From the NCBI GenBank assembly GCA_963707875.1, contig CAVPRU010000014.1, positions 375,766 to 439,765 of the forward strand: a DNA stretch of 64,000 bases. Direction: 5' to 3'. The notes under the pieces are model-generated. The model did no database searches. It saw only the letters and a program-made list of their open reading frames with translations, and had not been told where the DNA came from. The DNA comes from an uncultured Gemmatimonadales bacterium (GTDB lineage Bacteria; Gemmatimonadota; Gemmatimonadetes; Gemmatimonadales; GWC2-71-9). A program made the position numbers and the translations under genes. Below, piece after piece: positions 56,367-64,000 of the stretch. The stretch's first letter is position 1. Each line of letters starts with the position of its first letter.

Positions 56367-56813
56367 TCAGGCCAGGGGCGTGGACCCGGTGGTCCAGATC
56401 CGGCCCAGCAGGGCGTCGAGAAGACCTTCCAGCACAAAGACCTCGGCCGCCGAACGGGTGCTCGCGGCATCCATCCCCCAGAGGACCGCCTGGCGGCCGT
56501 TCCGGTCCGAGCCCATCTGCACGAAACTCCGCTCTTCCCGCGCCAGAACCATGGGCAGCGCCTGCGCCAGGAATCCGGTGACCCCGTTGGTCCCCGGCCC
56601 CCCGATGGCGATGACGGGATGGGAGTGGAAGGTGGGGGTCCCGAAATACCGTTCGTCGGTGATGATCAGGGCCCGGCGGTAGGTGGCTCCGCCCCCCCGG
56701 TGATCCACCTCATCCCGAAGCCACTCGGCGACCGACCGATCCTTGGTGAGGGCCGCGGGGGTCGAGCCGGTCACCACCAGGACGGTCTCCTCGCCGTCAA
56801 CCAGTTTCATCAT
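56367..56813 (-). CDS. hypothetical protein
   Basis: 148-aa ORF with normal composition. Its start (ATGATGA) overlaps the upstream stop. No family recognised. Confidence 0.5.
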   Translation of the reverse strand: MMKLVDGEETVLVVTGSTPAALTKDRSVAEWLRDEVDHRGGGATYRRALIITDERYFGTPTFHSHPVIAIGGPGTNGVTGFLAQALPMVLAREERSFVQMGSDRNGRQAVLWGMDAASTRSAAEVFVLEGLLDALLGRIWTTGSTPLA

Positions 56814-57682
56814 GAGGAGGGAATGGTGTCGGCGGGGGTTCGCCGCTGGTTGCGCTCGAGTTCCCGCTGGCGCTCCTGTTCTTCTCGAAGCTGCTTCACG
56901 GCCTGCTTGAAATCCTCCATCGTCCGGGCTCGCTGGGCCGCCATCATCAGGTCCTCTCGCATGGCGGCCAGCCGCTGAGTGTACCGCAAGTCTACGTTGG
57001 ACATCGGAGGAATCGGCATCAGGGCCAGGACCGCGGTTGGGATCCGGAGCCCCCCCAGGTAGATGAACCGGTTGTCGATCCCGAAGGTCTTTCCGGCAAT
57101 CTTGGTCGTCCAGCTGGGCGGCGCATTGCCATACGGAGTCGGGGACGCGATCACCGAGTCCAGGTAGGCCTGGACCACGGCGGTGACCGCGCTGTCCAGC
57201 AGTTCGTAGTGCGAGCGGGTCAGCCGACGGGCCAGCTCGGCGGGCGGCAGCGGCAGCGGTTCGACCCAGAGCCGCCCATCCCCAAGCGCAGGCCGGAGTC
57301 CACCCTGCGCCTCTGACCCTGGACCGACCGCCGGCGGCGCTCCGCCCCCGGTATCGACGGCCGGCCGGGGAAGCCCGGTCGGGGCCGCGGCAGGCTGCGC
57401 CACCGGCGGGCCGAGGGCGTCGGGCGCGACGGCCACCTGGACGTCGATGGTAGGGGGCGGCCGCACCGGGGCCTGCTGTCGCGGCTGATAGAACATGTCG
57501 ACGGCCCGGAGGTTGGCGTCGAATCGGAGGAGCGGCACGTCCGGCCGGTCCCGGCTGCTCTGGTAGAGGTAGGCACCGGGAATCGCGAACACCACCAGAT
57601 GCACCAGAACGCTGGCGAGCAGGGCTCGCCAGCCACCGGGGCGGGGCCGGCTCGGCAGGAGCAGCTCAGGCGCGTCCCGCAA
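56810..57682 (-). CDS. hypothetical membrane-anchored protein with a Pro-rich linker
   Basis: N-terminal TM (WRALLASVLVHLVVFAIPGAYLY), a Pro/Ala-rich spacer, and a conserved-looking C-terminal domain ending in a charged coiled coil (KQLREEQERQRELERNQR). Confidence 0.5.
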   Translation of the reverse strand: MRDAPELLLPSRPRPGGWRALLASVLVHLVVFAIPGAYLYQSSRDRPDVPLLRFDANLRAVDMFYQPRQQAPVRPPPTIDVQVAVAPDALGPPVAQPAAAPTGLPRPAVDTGGGAPPAVGPGSEAQGGLRPALGDGRLWVEPLPLPPAELARRLTRSHYELLDSAVTAVVQAYLDSVIASPTPYGNAPPSWTTKIAGKTFGIDNRFIYLGGLRIPTAVLALMPIPPMSNVDLRYTQRLAAMREDLMMAAQRARTMEDFKQAVKQLREEQERQRELERNQRRTPADTIPSS

Positions 57683-58862
57683 GCTCCCGCTCCCGCCAGT
57701 GTGCCAGCACCCGTCCCAACCGGGCCACGGCCTCCTGGAGCCGATCCGGGGTTGCCGTCAGCGCAATTCGGAAATAGCCCTCCCCGGCCGGGCCGAACCC
57801 GCGTCCGGGCAACACCACCACCCCTTCGACCTCCAGAGCCTGGCGGGCGAACTCGCTGGAGAGAATGCCGTCCGGAAGCGGGACCCACAGATACATCGCC
57901 GCCTTGGGAGTCTCCACCACAAATCCGGCCCGCGCCAACGCCGCCACGCAGGCATCTCGACGGGCCCGGAGCGAGGCACAGATCGGCGCCACCAGCGCCT
58001 CCGACTGATCGAGTGCCACGACGGCCGCCTGCTGCAGTGCCAGAAAGGAGCCGGTGTCGAGGTAGGATTTTGCCTTGGTCATGGCGGCGATGAGTTCCGA
58101 CCGCGCCACCGCCCAGCCCAGTCGCCATCCGGTCATCGAATAGCTCTTGGAAAGCGAGAAGAACTCGACCGCCACCTCGCGGGCTCCCGGGGTCTGGAAG
58201 ATGCTCGGCGCGACATAGCCGTCGAAAGTGAGGTCGCAATAGGCGTTGTCGTAGGCCAGCAGGATCTGGTGCCGCCGGCAGATCTCCACGGTTCGAGCCA
58301 GATACTCCGGGGTGGCGACCGCCGCGGTCGGGTTGTTGGGATAGTTCAGGAAGACCACCCGGGCCCGGCCAAGCACCTCTTCCGGCAGCGCGGAGAGTTC
58401 GAGCAGGAACCCCCGGTCCGCCGTGAGGGGGACGATATGCGGCTCGGCCCCGGCCAGCCTGGCCCCGCCCAGGTAGGCCTGATACCCCGGCTCGGGGATG
58501 ATCGCGATATCGCCCGGATCGAGGAACGCCAGGGGCAGGTGGGCGATCCCCTCCTTCGACCCGATCAGCGGCAGCAGCTCGGAGACCGGGTCGACCGTCA
58601 GTCCGAAGCGACGTTCGAGATACCGGCCAATCGCCTGCCGGAAGGCCGGCAGGCCCTGCTGGAATCCGTACTTGCTGAGGGCCGGGTTCTCCACCGCGCG
58701 CTGCAGTGCCTCGACCACCACCGGTGGCGGAGGAGTGTCGTTGTCCCCGGCCCCGAGGTCGATCACATCAACCCCGGCGTCCTGCAGCCGGCGTTTGATC
58801 GTCGGCACATCGGCGAGGGGATAGCCAGGGAGCGCCCGGAGGCGCGCATTCGGTCCGATCAT
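57666..58862 (-). CDS. PLP-dependent class I/II aminotransferase (LL-diaminopimelate aminotransferase-like)
   Basis: IDLGAGDNDTPPP, YPNNPT, and FSLSKSYSMTGWRLGW (PLP lysine). ATG 58862 overlaps the upstream stop (ATGA). The ORF-track extension is junk. Confidence 0.85.
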   Translation of the reverse strand: MIGPNARLRALPGYPLADVPTIKRRLQDAGVDVIDLGAGDNDTPPPPVVVEALQRAVENPALSKYGFQQGLPAFRQAIGRYLERRFGLTVDPVSELLPLIGSKEGIAHLPLAFLDPGDIAIIPEPGYQAYLGGARLAGAEPHIVPLTADRGFLLELSALPEEVLGRARVVFLNYPNNPTAAVATPEYLARTVEICRRHQILLAYDNAYCDLTFDGYVAPSIFQTPGAREVAVEFFSLSKSYSMTGWRLGWAVARSELIAAMTKAKSYLDTGSFLALQQAAVVALDQSEALVAPICASLRARRDACVAALARAGFVVETPKAAMYLWVPLPDGILSSEFARQALEVEGVVVLPGRGFGPAGEGYFRIALTATPDRLQEAVARLGRVLAHWRERELAGRA

Positions 58863-59482
58863 CGGCTGTTGCCCACCACAGGATTGCGAAGGAGCCCCAC
58901 CCCGGGAATCTCCACCTCTACGACGTCCCCGGGCACCAGCGGACCCACACCGGCCGGGGTGCCGGTGAGGACCAGATCCCCGGGTAGCAGGGTCATCACC
59001 CCGCTGATGAAGGATAGAAGGGTCGGAATCCCGAAGTGCATGTCGCTCGCCAGGGCCTCCTGTCGCACTTCGCCGTTGACCCGCCCGATCACGCTGAGGC
59101 TCGCCCAGTCCAGCCCAGATACCACCTGCGGCCCCACGGGGCAAAAAGTATCAAACCCCTTGGCCCGCCCCCACTGCCCGTCGGTCCGCTGAAAGTCGCG
59201 GGCCGTCACGTCGTTGGCACAGACGAACCCACCAATCGCGGCCCGGGCCTGGTCCGCATCCGCCCGGTGGAGCTGTTGACCGATCACCACCCCGATTTCC
59301 GCCTCGTGCTCCACCTGGGCGGACTCCGGCGGGAGCACGATCGGCTCATCGGGGCCGATCAGGGCGCTGGGCGGCTTGAGAAAGAGCATCGGAGCCGCTG
59401 GCAGCTCATGGCCCATCTCCCGGGCGTGCGCCCGGTAGTTCCGGCCCACACAGATGATCTTGCTCGGCGCCACCACCATCAT
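58859..59482 (-). CDS. fumarylacetoacetate hydrolase (FAH) family protein
   Basis: KIICVGRNYRAHAREMG, EAEIGVVIG, DVTARD.Q....QW.RAKGFDTFCP.GP, and GDLVLTGTPAGVG. Confidence 0.88.
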   Translation of the reverse strand: MMVVAPSKIICVGRNYRAHAREMGHELPAAPMLFLKPPSALIGPDEPIVLPPESAQVEHEAEIGVVIGQQLHRADADQARAAIGGFVCANDVTARDFQRTDGQWGRAKGFDTFCPVGPQVVSGLDWASLSVIGRVNGEVRQEALASDMHFGIPTLLSFISGVMTLLPGDLVLTGTPAGVGPLVPGDVVEVEIPGVGLLRNPVVGNSR

Positions 59483-61986
59483 ACCTCGGCTCCAATCCCG
59501 AAACGGGCAAAGAAGTCCTCACACTTGGTCCGGACCTCGGCCCACGAACCGATTACCCGGTCGGCCGGCGGAAGGCTGTCGAGCAGCATCGGGCCGTAGC
59601 GCTTGAGCGCGGCCCGGCGGTCGAGCAGGATCACCACCCCCACGTCCTGGCTGCTCCGGATCAGCCGGCCGAATCCCTGCTTGAGCTTGAGCGCCGCCTG
59701 GGGGAGGAGGTACGACCAGAAACCATCCTCGCCGGCCTCGGCGATCCGCTCCAGCCGAGCCGCGGTCAGCGGTTCGGAGGGCACCTTGAAAGGTAGCTTG
59801 CAGATGACCAGGACCCGCAGCGCCCGGCCCGGCACGTCGACCCCTTCCCAGAACGAATCCGTCCCGAGCAGGATGGCCCGACCACTCTCCCGGAATCGCT
59901 GGAGCAGATGATCCCGGGGGGCTTCCCCCTGGATCAACAGCGGCCACCGTTCACCCAACCCGGCCCGCAGGGCCGAGGCCAGCCGCCTCAACTGGCGATG
60001 ACTGGTGAACAGGACGAACATCCCCCCATCGCTGGCGTGCGCCAGTTCTTCCACCACTTGGGCCGTGGCCTGGTCATGTCCCAACTCGTCCTCCCGGGGA
60101 TCGGGAATGTCGATCGGGACGGCGAAGAGGCACTGGCGGCCGTAGTCGAAAGGCGAGGGCAGAATCTCCCGGATTGAGACCAGGTTGGGTTCCAGCGTGA
60201 GGCCGGTCCGGGTCTCCAGGAACGAGAAGTCCCCACCGGTGGCGAGGGTAGCGCTGGTCAGCACCACCGTCTCCAGGCGATCGAAGAGGGTCTCCCGGAG
60301 GATGGGGGCTAGGTCCAGCGGCACCGCCCGCAGGGTCGCCTGGGTGCCCCTGCCGTCCGCCTGCTCGATCCACCGCACCACGGGAGGGCCCCCTGGCCCC
60401 GGTTGCAGGGTCTGCTGGAATCCGTCGGCCACGGTGTCGAGGCGGCGGATCACCCCACGCAATTCGGTCAGCAGTTGCACCCGGCGGTCCCCCATCTCAT
60501 CGGATTCCAACCGGTCGGCCACGATTTCCACCGCCTCTCGCAGCCGCCGGAAGGCCGACAGCCCGGCATCGAGTTCCCGCGCCAGTCCTTGTTCCCAGAT
60601 CGAGTCCTCGGCAAAGCTGTCATCGACCCGCAGCACGCCACCCGGCACCTCGGACAACCGGATCAGCAGTCGAGCAAAGACCGCGTCGGCTGCCCGGCGG
60701 GCCTCGGCCAGAGCGGGGACCAGCTGTCCCTGGAGGACGTCGAGGCTGGCTCGGCTGAGGAGATCTCGACCACCCGCCAATTCTGCCGACAGGGCGGGCA
60801 CCAGCCCCCGCCCCCCGCGCTCGAATCGGCCGAGCAGGCGCCGCACACCCCGACTGGTCACCTGGATCCCCAGATGGGTGGCCGCCACATCTTCCAGATG
60901 ATGCGCCTCATCAAGGATCAGTCGCTGGTAGGGGGGAAGCACCGCCGCTTCCATCCAGTTGTCTGACGCCTGACGGATCGCCAGGTCGGCCGCCAGCAGG
61001 TGGTGGTTCACCACCACCACGTCGGCCTCCGCCGCACGACGGCGGGCCCGGAAGACGAAGCAGCGATCGAAGTGGGGGCATTGGAGCCTGGTGCAGAGGT
61101 CGGATTCCGCGGCCACCTCGTCCCACACCTCCGGGGTCGGGGAGAATGGCAAATCCCCCAGGGTCCCGTCTCCGGTGCGGTCGGCCCACCCGGCAATCCG
61201 CACCACTTCCTCGACCCGCTCGGGCTCGAACAGCGAGCCCTGGTGTCCCATCGCCTGGTCGAGTCGGGCCAGGCACAGGTAATTCCGCCAGCCCTTGAGG
61301 AGCGCGAAGGAGGGCGTCCAGTCCGGAGTCGCAAGCGCCTCTGCCAGGAGCGGCAGATCCTTCCCGACCAGCTGTTCCTGCAAGTTGATGGTGTTGGTGC
61401 TGATGACGGTGCGCTCACGATTGGCCTGGGCCCAGATGAGGGTGGGGACCAGATAGGCAAAGGACTTGCCGACCCCGGTCCCCGCCTCAAGCAACGCGAC
61501 ACCCCCCTCGTTGTAGCGATCGGCGATGTGGGCGGCCATGTCCCGCTGGCTCGGGCGGTCTTCGTAGTTCCCGAGCAGGGCCGCGACCGGCCCGTGTTCG
61601 CCCAGGCTAGCCACCACGGCGAACGGATCGAGCAGCACCCTGGGCTCGGCGCGAGGCACCTCGACCACCACGTACAAGGCGGACACCGCGTTGTCCACGA
61701 TCCCGAATCCAACCCCTTCGTCGTGGAGCCGGGCCGCCACGCCCAGGTCGGCGGGGGATGGCTCCAGCAGCCCGGTCGGATGATTGTGGAGCACCATCTC
61801 GCCCCGGCGAGCCGTACCGGGGAGGGCGAGCACCATCTCCGCCGTCCCGCGCGCCACCGGACGGGCGGAGACGATCATGCCGGGCGCGTCGAAGGTTGCC
61901 ACAAAACAGACCTCGCGCCCGCCGGCGGCGCGGATCTCCCCGGCCATCACCGCGCGGACCGCCAGGGCGATCCGGTCGACGCTCAC
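59479..61986 (-). CDS. dinG: DinG/XPD-family (Rad3-related) Fe-S helicase with an N-terminal JAB/MPN (JAMM, RadC-like) domain
   Basis: - N-terminal ~115 aa: Glu (GGREVCF) plus HNHPTGLLEPSPAD, which is exactly HxH-x7-S-xx-D.
- Helicase: motif I EAGTGVGKS, four Cys (NYLCLARL, DLCTRLQCPHFDRCF), DEAH box ILDEAHHLED, SFWEGVDVPG and QGFGRLIRS.

GTG 61986 overlaps the upstream stop (GTGA). The ORF-track 1030-aa version overlaps the upstream gene. Confidence 0.85.
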   Translation of the reverse strand: MSVDRIALAVRAVMAGEIRAAGGREVCFVATFDAPGMIVSARPVARGTAEMVLALPGTARRGEMVLHNHPTGLLEPSPADLGVAARLHDEGVGFGIVDNAVSALYVVVEVPRAEPRVLLDPFAVVASLGEHGPVAALLGNYEDRPSQRDMAAHIADRYNEGGVALLEAGTGVGKSFAYLVPTLIWAQANRERTVISTNTINLQEQLVGKDLPLLAEALATPDWTPSFALLKGWRNYLCLARLDQAMGHQGSLFEPERVEEVVRIAGWADRTGDGTLGDLPFSPTPEVWDEVAAESDLCTRLQCPHFDRCFVFRARRRAAEADVVVVNHHLLAADLAIRQASDNWMEAAVLPPYQRLILDEAHHLEDVAATHLGIQVTSRGVRRLLGRFERGGRGLVPALSAELAGGRDLLSRASLDVLQGQLVPALAEARRAADAVFARLLIRLSEVPGGVLRVDDSFAEDSIWEQGLARELDAGLSAFRRLREAVEIVADRLESDEMGDRRVQLLTELRGVIRRLDTVADGFQQTLQPGPGGPPVVRWIEQADGRGTQATLRAVPLDLAPILRETLFDRLETVVLTSATLATGGDFSFLETRTGLTLEPNLVSIREILPSPFDYGRQCLFAVPIDIPDPREDELGHDQATAQVVEELAHASDGGMFVLFTSHRQLRRLASALRAGLGERWPLLIQGEAPRDHLLQRFRESGRAILLGTDSFWEGVDVPGRALRVLVICKLPFKVPSEPLTAARLERIAEAGEDGFWSYLLPQAALKLKQGFGRLIRSSQDVGVVILLDRRAALKRYGPMLLDSLPPADRVIGSWAEVRTKCEDFFARFGIGAEV

Positions 61987-63263
61987 GTCTTGAGTTCTTT
62001 CTTCCTGGCGGCCGGGAACAGCACGTTGTTGAGAATCAGGCGGTACCCCGGCGAGTGTGGATGCAGGGACAGGTCGGTCGGCAGGTCCCCGATCTGGTGC
62101 TGCGGATCTTCCGGGTCGTGCCCTCCGAAGAAGGCGAAGGTGCCCTGCCCTCGTTGGCCATGAATGTACTTGACCCAGGGAGCCCCGACCTCCTCGGCGA
62201 GAATGGTCAGCGCCGGCTTCAGGGTGTGGCGGCTGAACGAGGTGGTCAGTCCGTAGAAGTCCGGAATGACCTGCCGGTGGTTCTGCACCAGCATGCTGGC
62301 GACCGGGTCGATCTTGGCGCTGAAGTTGAACAGGCTGAAACTGCCCAGCGACTGCCGACCGCCCGGGGCGTTGACCTGGTGCCCGTCGATGTCGGAAAAG
62401 ACCGCCGCGGCCGGGCTCTGTTCCAGCCGCGCCCCCTGAAAGGCGAAGGCCCGGTCCCAGGACATCTTCCGGCTGGCGTCCGGATCCATCGCGTTGCCGT
62501 CGGCGTAGCTGGCCGCGATGTCGGTGGTGACGGAGGCCAGCGCGAGATCGATCGTTTCGGTCGCGGTGCACATCGCGAACAGGAACCCCCCCGCCTCCAC
62601 GTAGTTCGCAATGGTCTGCGCCACCCCGCGCTTCAGGGCGGGCACATGAGGGAACCCCAGTTCCCGGGCCATCCGCTGATTCCGCTCCACCATCTCCGCC
62701 AGCCAGGGTGCCCCGGCATAGTTGAGGTAGAACTTCGAGTACTGCCCGGTGAAGTCCTCGTGATGGAGATGGAGCCAGTCGTAACTCGGCAGGGTACCGC
62801 CGATCAGGGTCCCGTCCCAGATCTTCTCAAACCGGATGCCGGCGTATTCCAGCGCCATGGTGACGGCGTCATCCCAGGGAGCGGCGTTGGGAGGCACGTA
62901 GACCGCCACTTTCGGCGCCTTCTCCAGCGGAACCGCGTCGGCGTTCGACTGCTGAATGTCCGCTTTGATCTGGAGAATGGCACCGTCATCCACCGGCTCG
63001 GCCCCAACCCCGGAGAGGGTCAGATCCCGGCTGGTGTCGGCCGCCGCCGGGACCAGGAAGGCCCCTCCCCGGTAGTTCAACAGCCACTCCGCGCGGTCAC
63101 CCCGTTCGAGGACCCGGAACGTCACCCCGTACGCCTTCAGGTGATCGGACTGGGTGTCGTCCATCGGGATCAGCAACGAGGGCGCCCGGATCCGACCGGG
63201 CCGATGCCAGGCAGGCCAGAGCGCGGCGGCGCCAACCATCCCGAGCCAGTCGCGTCGTTTCAT
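61983..63263 (-). CDS. exported (Tat-type signal) protein of unknown function, possibly with a class I glutamine-amidotransferase-like fold
   Basis: MKRRDWLGMVGAAALWPAW carries a twin-Arg motif. The product is 426 aa. Patterns such as KVAVYVPPNAAPWDDAVTMALEYAGIRFE and GGFLFAMCTATE suggest a DJ-1/GATase1-like core. The functional call is weak. Confidence 0.55.
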   Translation of the reverse strand: MKRRDWLGMVGAAALWPAWHRPGRIRAPSLLIPMDDTQSDHLKAYGVTFRVLERGDRAEWLLNYRGGAFLVPAAADTSRDLTLSGVGAEPVDDGAILQIKADIQQSNADAVPLEKAPKVAVYVPPNAAPWDDAVTMALEYAGIRFEKIWDGTLIGGTLPSYDWLHLHHEDFTGQYSKFYLNYAGAPWLAEMVERNQRMARELGFPHVPALKRGVAQTIANYVEAGGFLFAMCTATETIDLALASVTTDIAASYADGNAMDPDASRKMSWDRAFAFQGARLEQSPAAAVFSDIDGHQVNAPGGRQSLGSFSLFNFSAKIDPVASMLVQNHRQVIPDFYGLTTSFSRHTLKPALTILAEEVGAPWVKYIHGQRGQGTFAFFGGHDPEDPQHQIGDLPTDLSLHPHSPGYRLILNNVLFPAARKKELKT

Positions 63264-64000
63264 CGCGCCGGGATCCCGCCCCGCGCCTGATCGAGCAGTC
63301 GGCGGGCCTGGGGAGCGACGGCGCTGCCCGGCCAGGCCAGAATCACCCCCTCCAGCAGCGGAATGGCCTCCGTCACGGCGCCCCGACGGAGCATGAGGCT
63401 GGCGCGCTCAAGGCCGGCCGCCGCTGATGCCGCAGGCGACCCCCCCTCCGCCGCTTCCCGGAAGAGCCGCTCGGCCTCGAGCGGATGGCTGGAGGCCAGC
63501 AGTCGGCCCGCCCACAGCAGCAGCTCCCCACCCCCACGCTCCCGGGAGAGTGTGCGGGCGGTGCGTTCGAGCTGGACGGCTGCCCCGCCCGAATCGCCCC
63601 GGACGAGCGCCAGGTAGCCCTGCCCGAGGCCGGGCAACGAGTCCTGGTCAATCATCTGTACCACGGCCAGCAGGGATGCCCGCTCCGTGGCATCGTCCCG
63701 ATCGTCCGAGAAGGGACCGGCGCCCATCAGGTCGGTGGTGGCCCCGCGCAGATCTCCTTGGGCCAGCCGGACCCGCCCCCGGATTCCGGCGCCGGCCATG
63801 CTGCTGTCCGCCGCAAGCAGGCGTTCCGCGCGCTCCAGGGCCCCGGTCCGCAACCACGCCATGGCCAGCGAGTGGCTCAGCCGCTCGCGCTCCTCGAGAT
63901 CGACCGGAGCGCCCAGCTGCGCCAGCCGCGCTTCGGCCTGCGCCAGATCGCCTTCCGCGATCAGCACTCCGACCAGAGTCGCGGCTGCGGCACCCGCCAT
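63260..64000 (-). CDS. TPR-like helical repeat protein (C-terminal part; the gene continues beyond the window)
   Basis: An open frame runs to the window edge. It contains repeated A/L/R-rich helical hairpins (GDLAQAEARLAQL, GALERAERLLA, HPLEAERLFREAA). The stop overlaps the next start. Confidence 0.5.
   Translation of the reverse strand: MAGAAAATLVGVLIAEGDLAQAEARLAQLGAPVDLEERERLSHSLAMAWLRTGALERAERLLAADSSMAGAGIRGRVRLAQGDLRGATTDLMGAGPFSDDRDDATERASLLAVVQMIDQDSLPGLGQGYLALVRGDSGGAAVQLERTARTLSRERGGGELLLWAGRLLASSHPLEAERLFREAAEGGSPAASAAAGLERASLMLRRGAVTEAIPLLEGVILAWPGSAVAPQARRLLDQARGGIPAR

Overview
This is a very GC-rich bacterial chromosomal segment, judged by eye from G/C-dominated third codon positions and long spurious antisense ORFs. 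It is almost fully coding. I can support about 60 protein genes, 3 tRNAs (Met-CAT, Ser-TGA, Ser-GCT) and a few regulatory hairpins and promoters. I found no rRNA, CRISPR array, transposase or integrase.

Layout:
- 1-5.3 kb: a non-housekeeping block (broken methyltransferase, SRPBCC protein, B3 metallo-beta-lactamase, unknowns) that ends at the 3' end of tRNA-Met.
- 5.4-14 kb: a BNR/sortilin-like protein, a 1341-aa membrane-spanning SARP/BTAD-P-loop-TolB-Big2-LamG protein, and a divergent lipoprotein.
- 14-28 kb: a 14-gene minus-strand housekeeping array (ftsB, eno, plsC, thiL, nnr, glyA, rpiB, Leu dehydrogenase, hbd, CPBP protease, bioY, thiolase), followed by thrS.
- 28-42 kb, plus strand: BON protein, valS, Ig-like lipoprotein, selA, gmhB, purN, purH, DUF2723, DUF302, archease, rtcB. 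A DUF1835 gene lies on the minus strand.
- 42-45 kb: a structured intergenic RNA candidate, an HhH protein, Usp and CBS genes.
- 45.5-54.7 kb: a TetR-TolC-HlyD-2xABC-2xABC2 efflux operon, divergent from an OmpR/HisKA pair.
- 54.7-64 kb: gltX, then a translationally coupled minus-strand operon containing a JAB(JAMM)-DinG fusion helicase.

Most notable observations:
- Twelve single-base frameshifts occur in conserved genes, and nine of them fall within 2.4 kb (28.36-30.73 kb), breaking valS into 8 frame segments. This is most likely sequence error, but that needs to be checked.
- A 32-bp tandem duplication of the thiL/plsC junction creates a 10-codon relay ORF.
- The JAB-DinG fusion.
- The membrane-spanning SARP-STAND-TolB protein.
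- A stem plus terminator element between rtcB and an HhH gene.

I cannot establish novelty without database searches.
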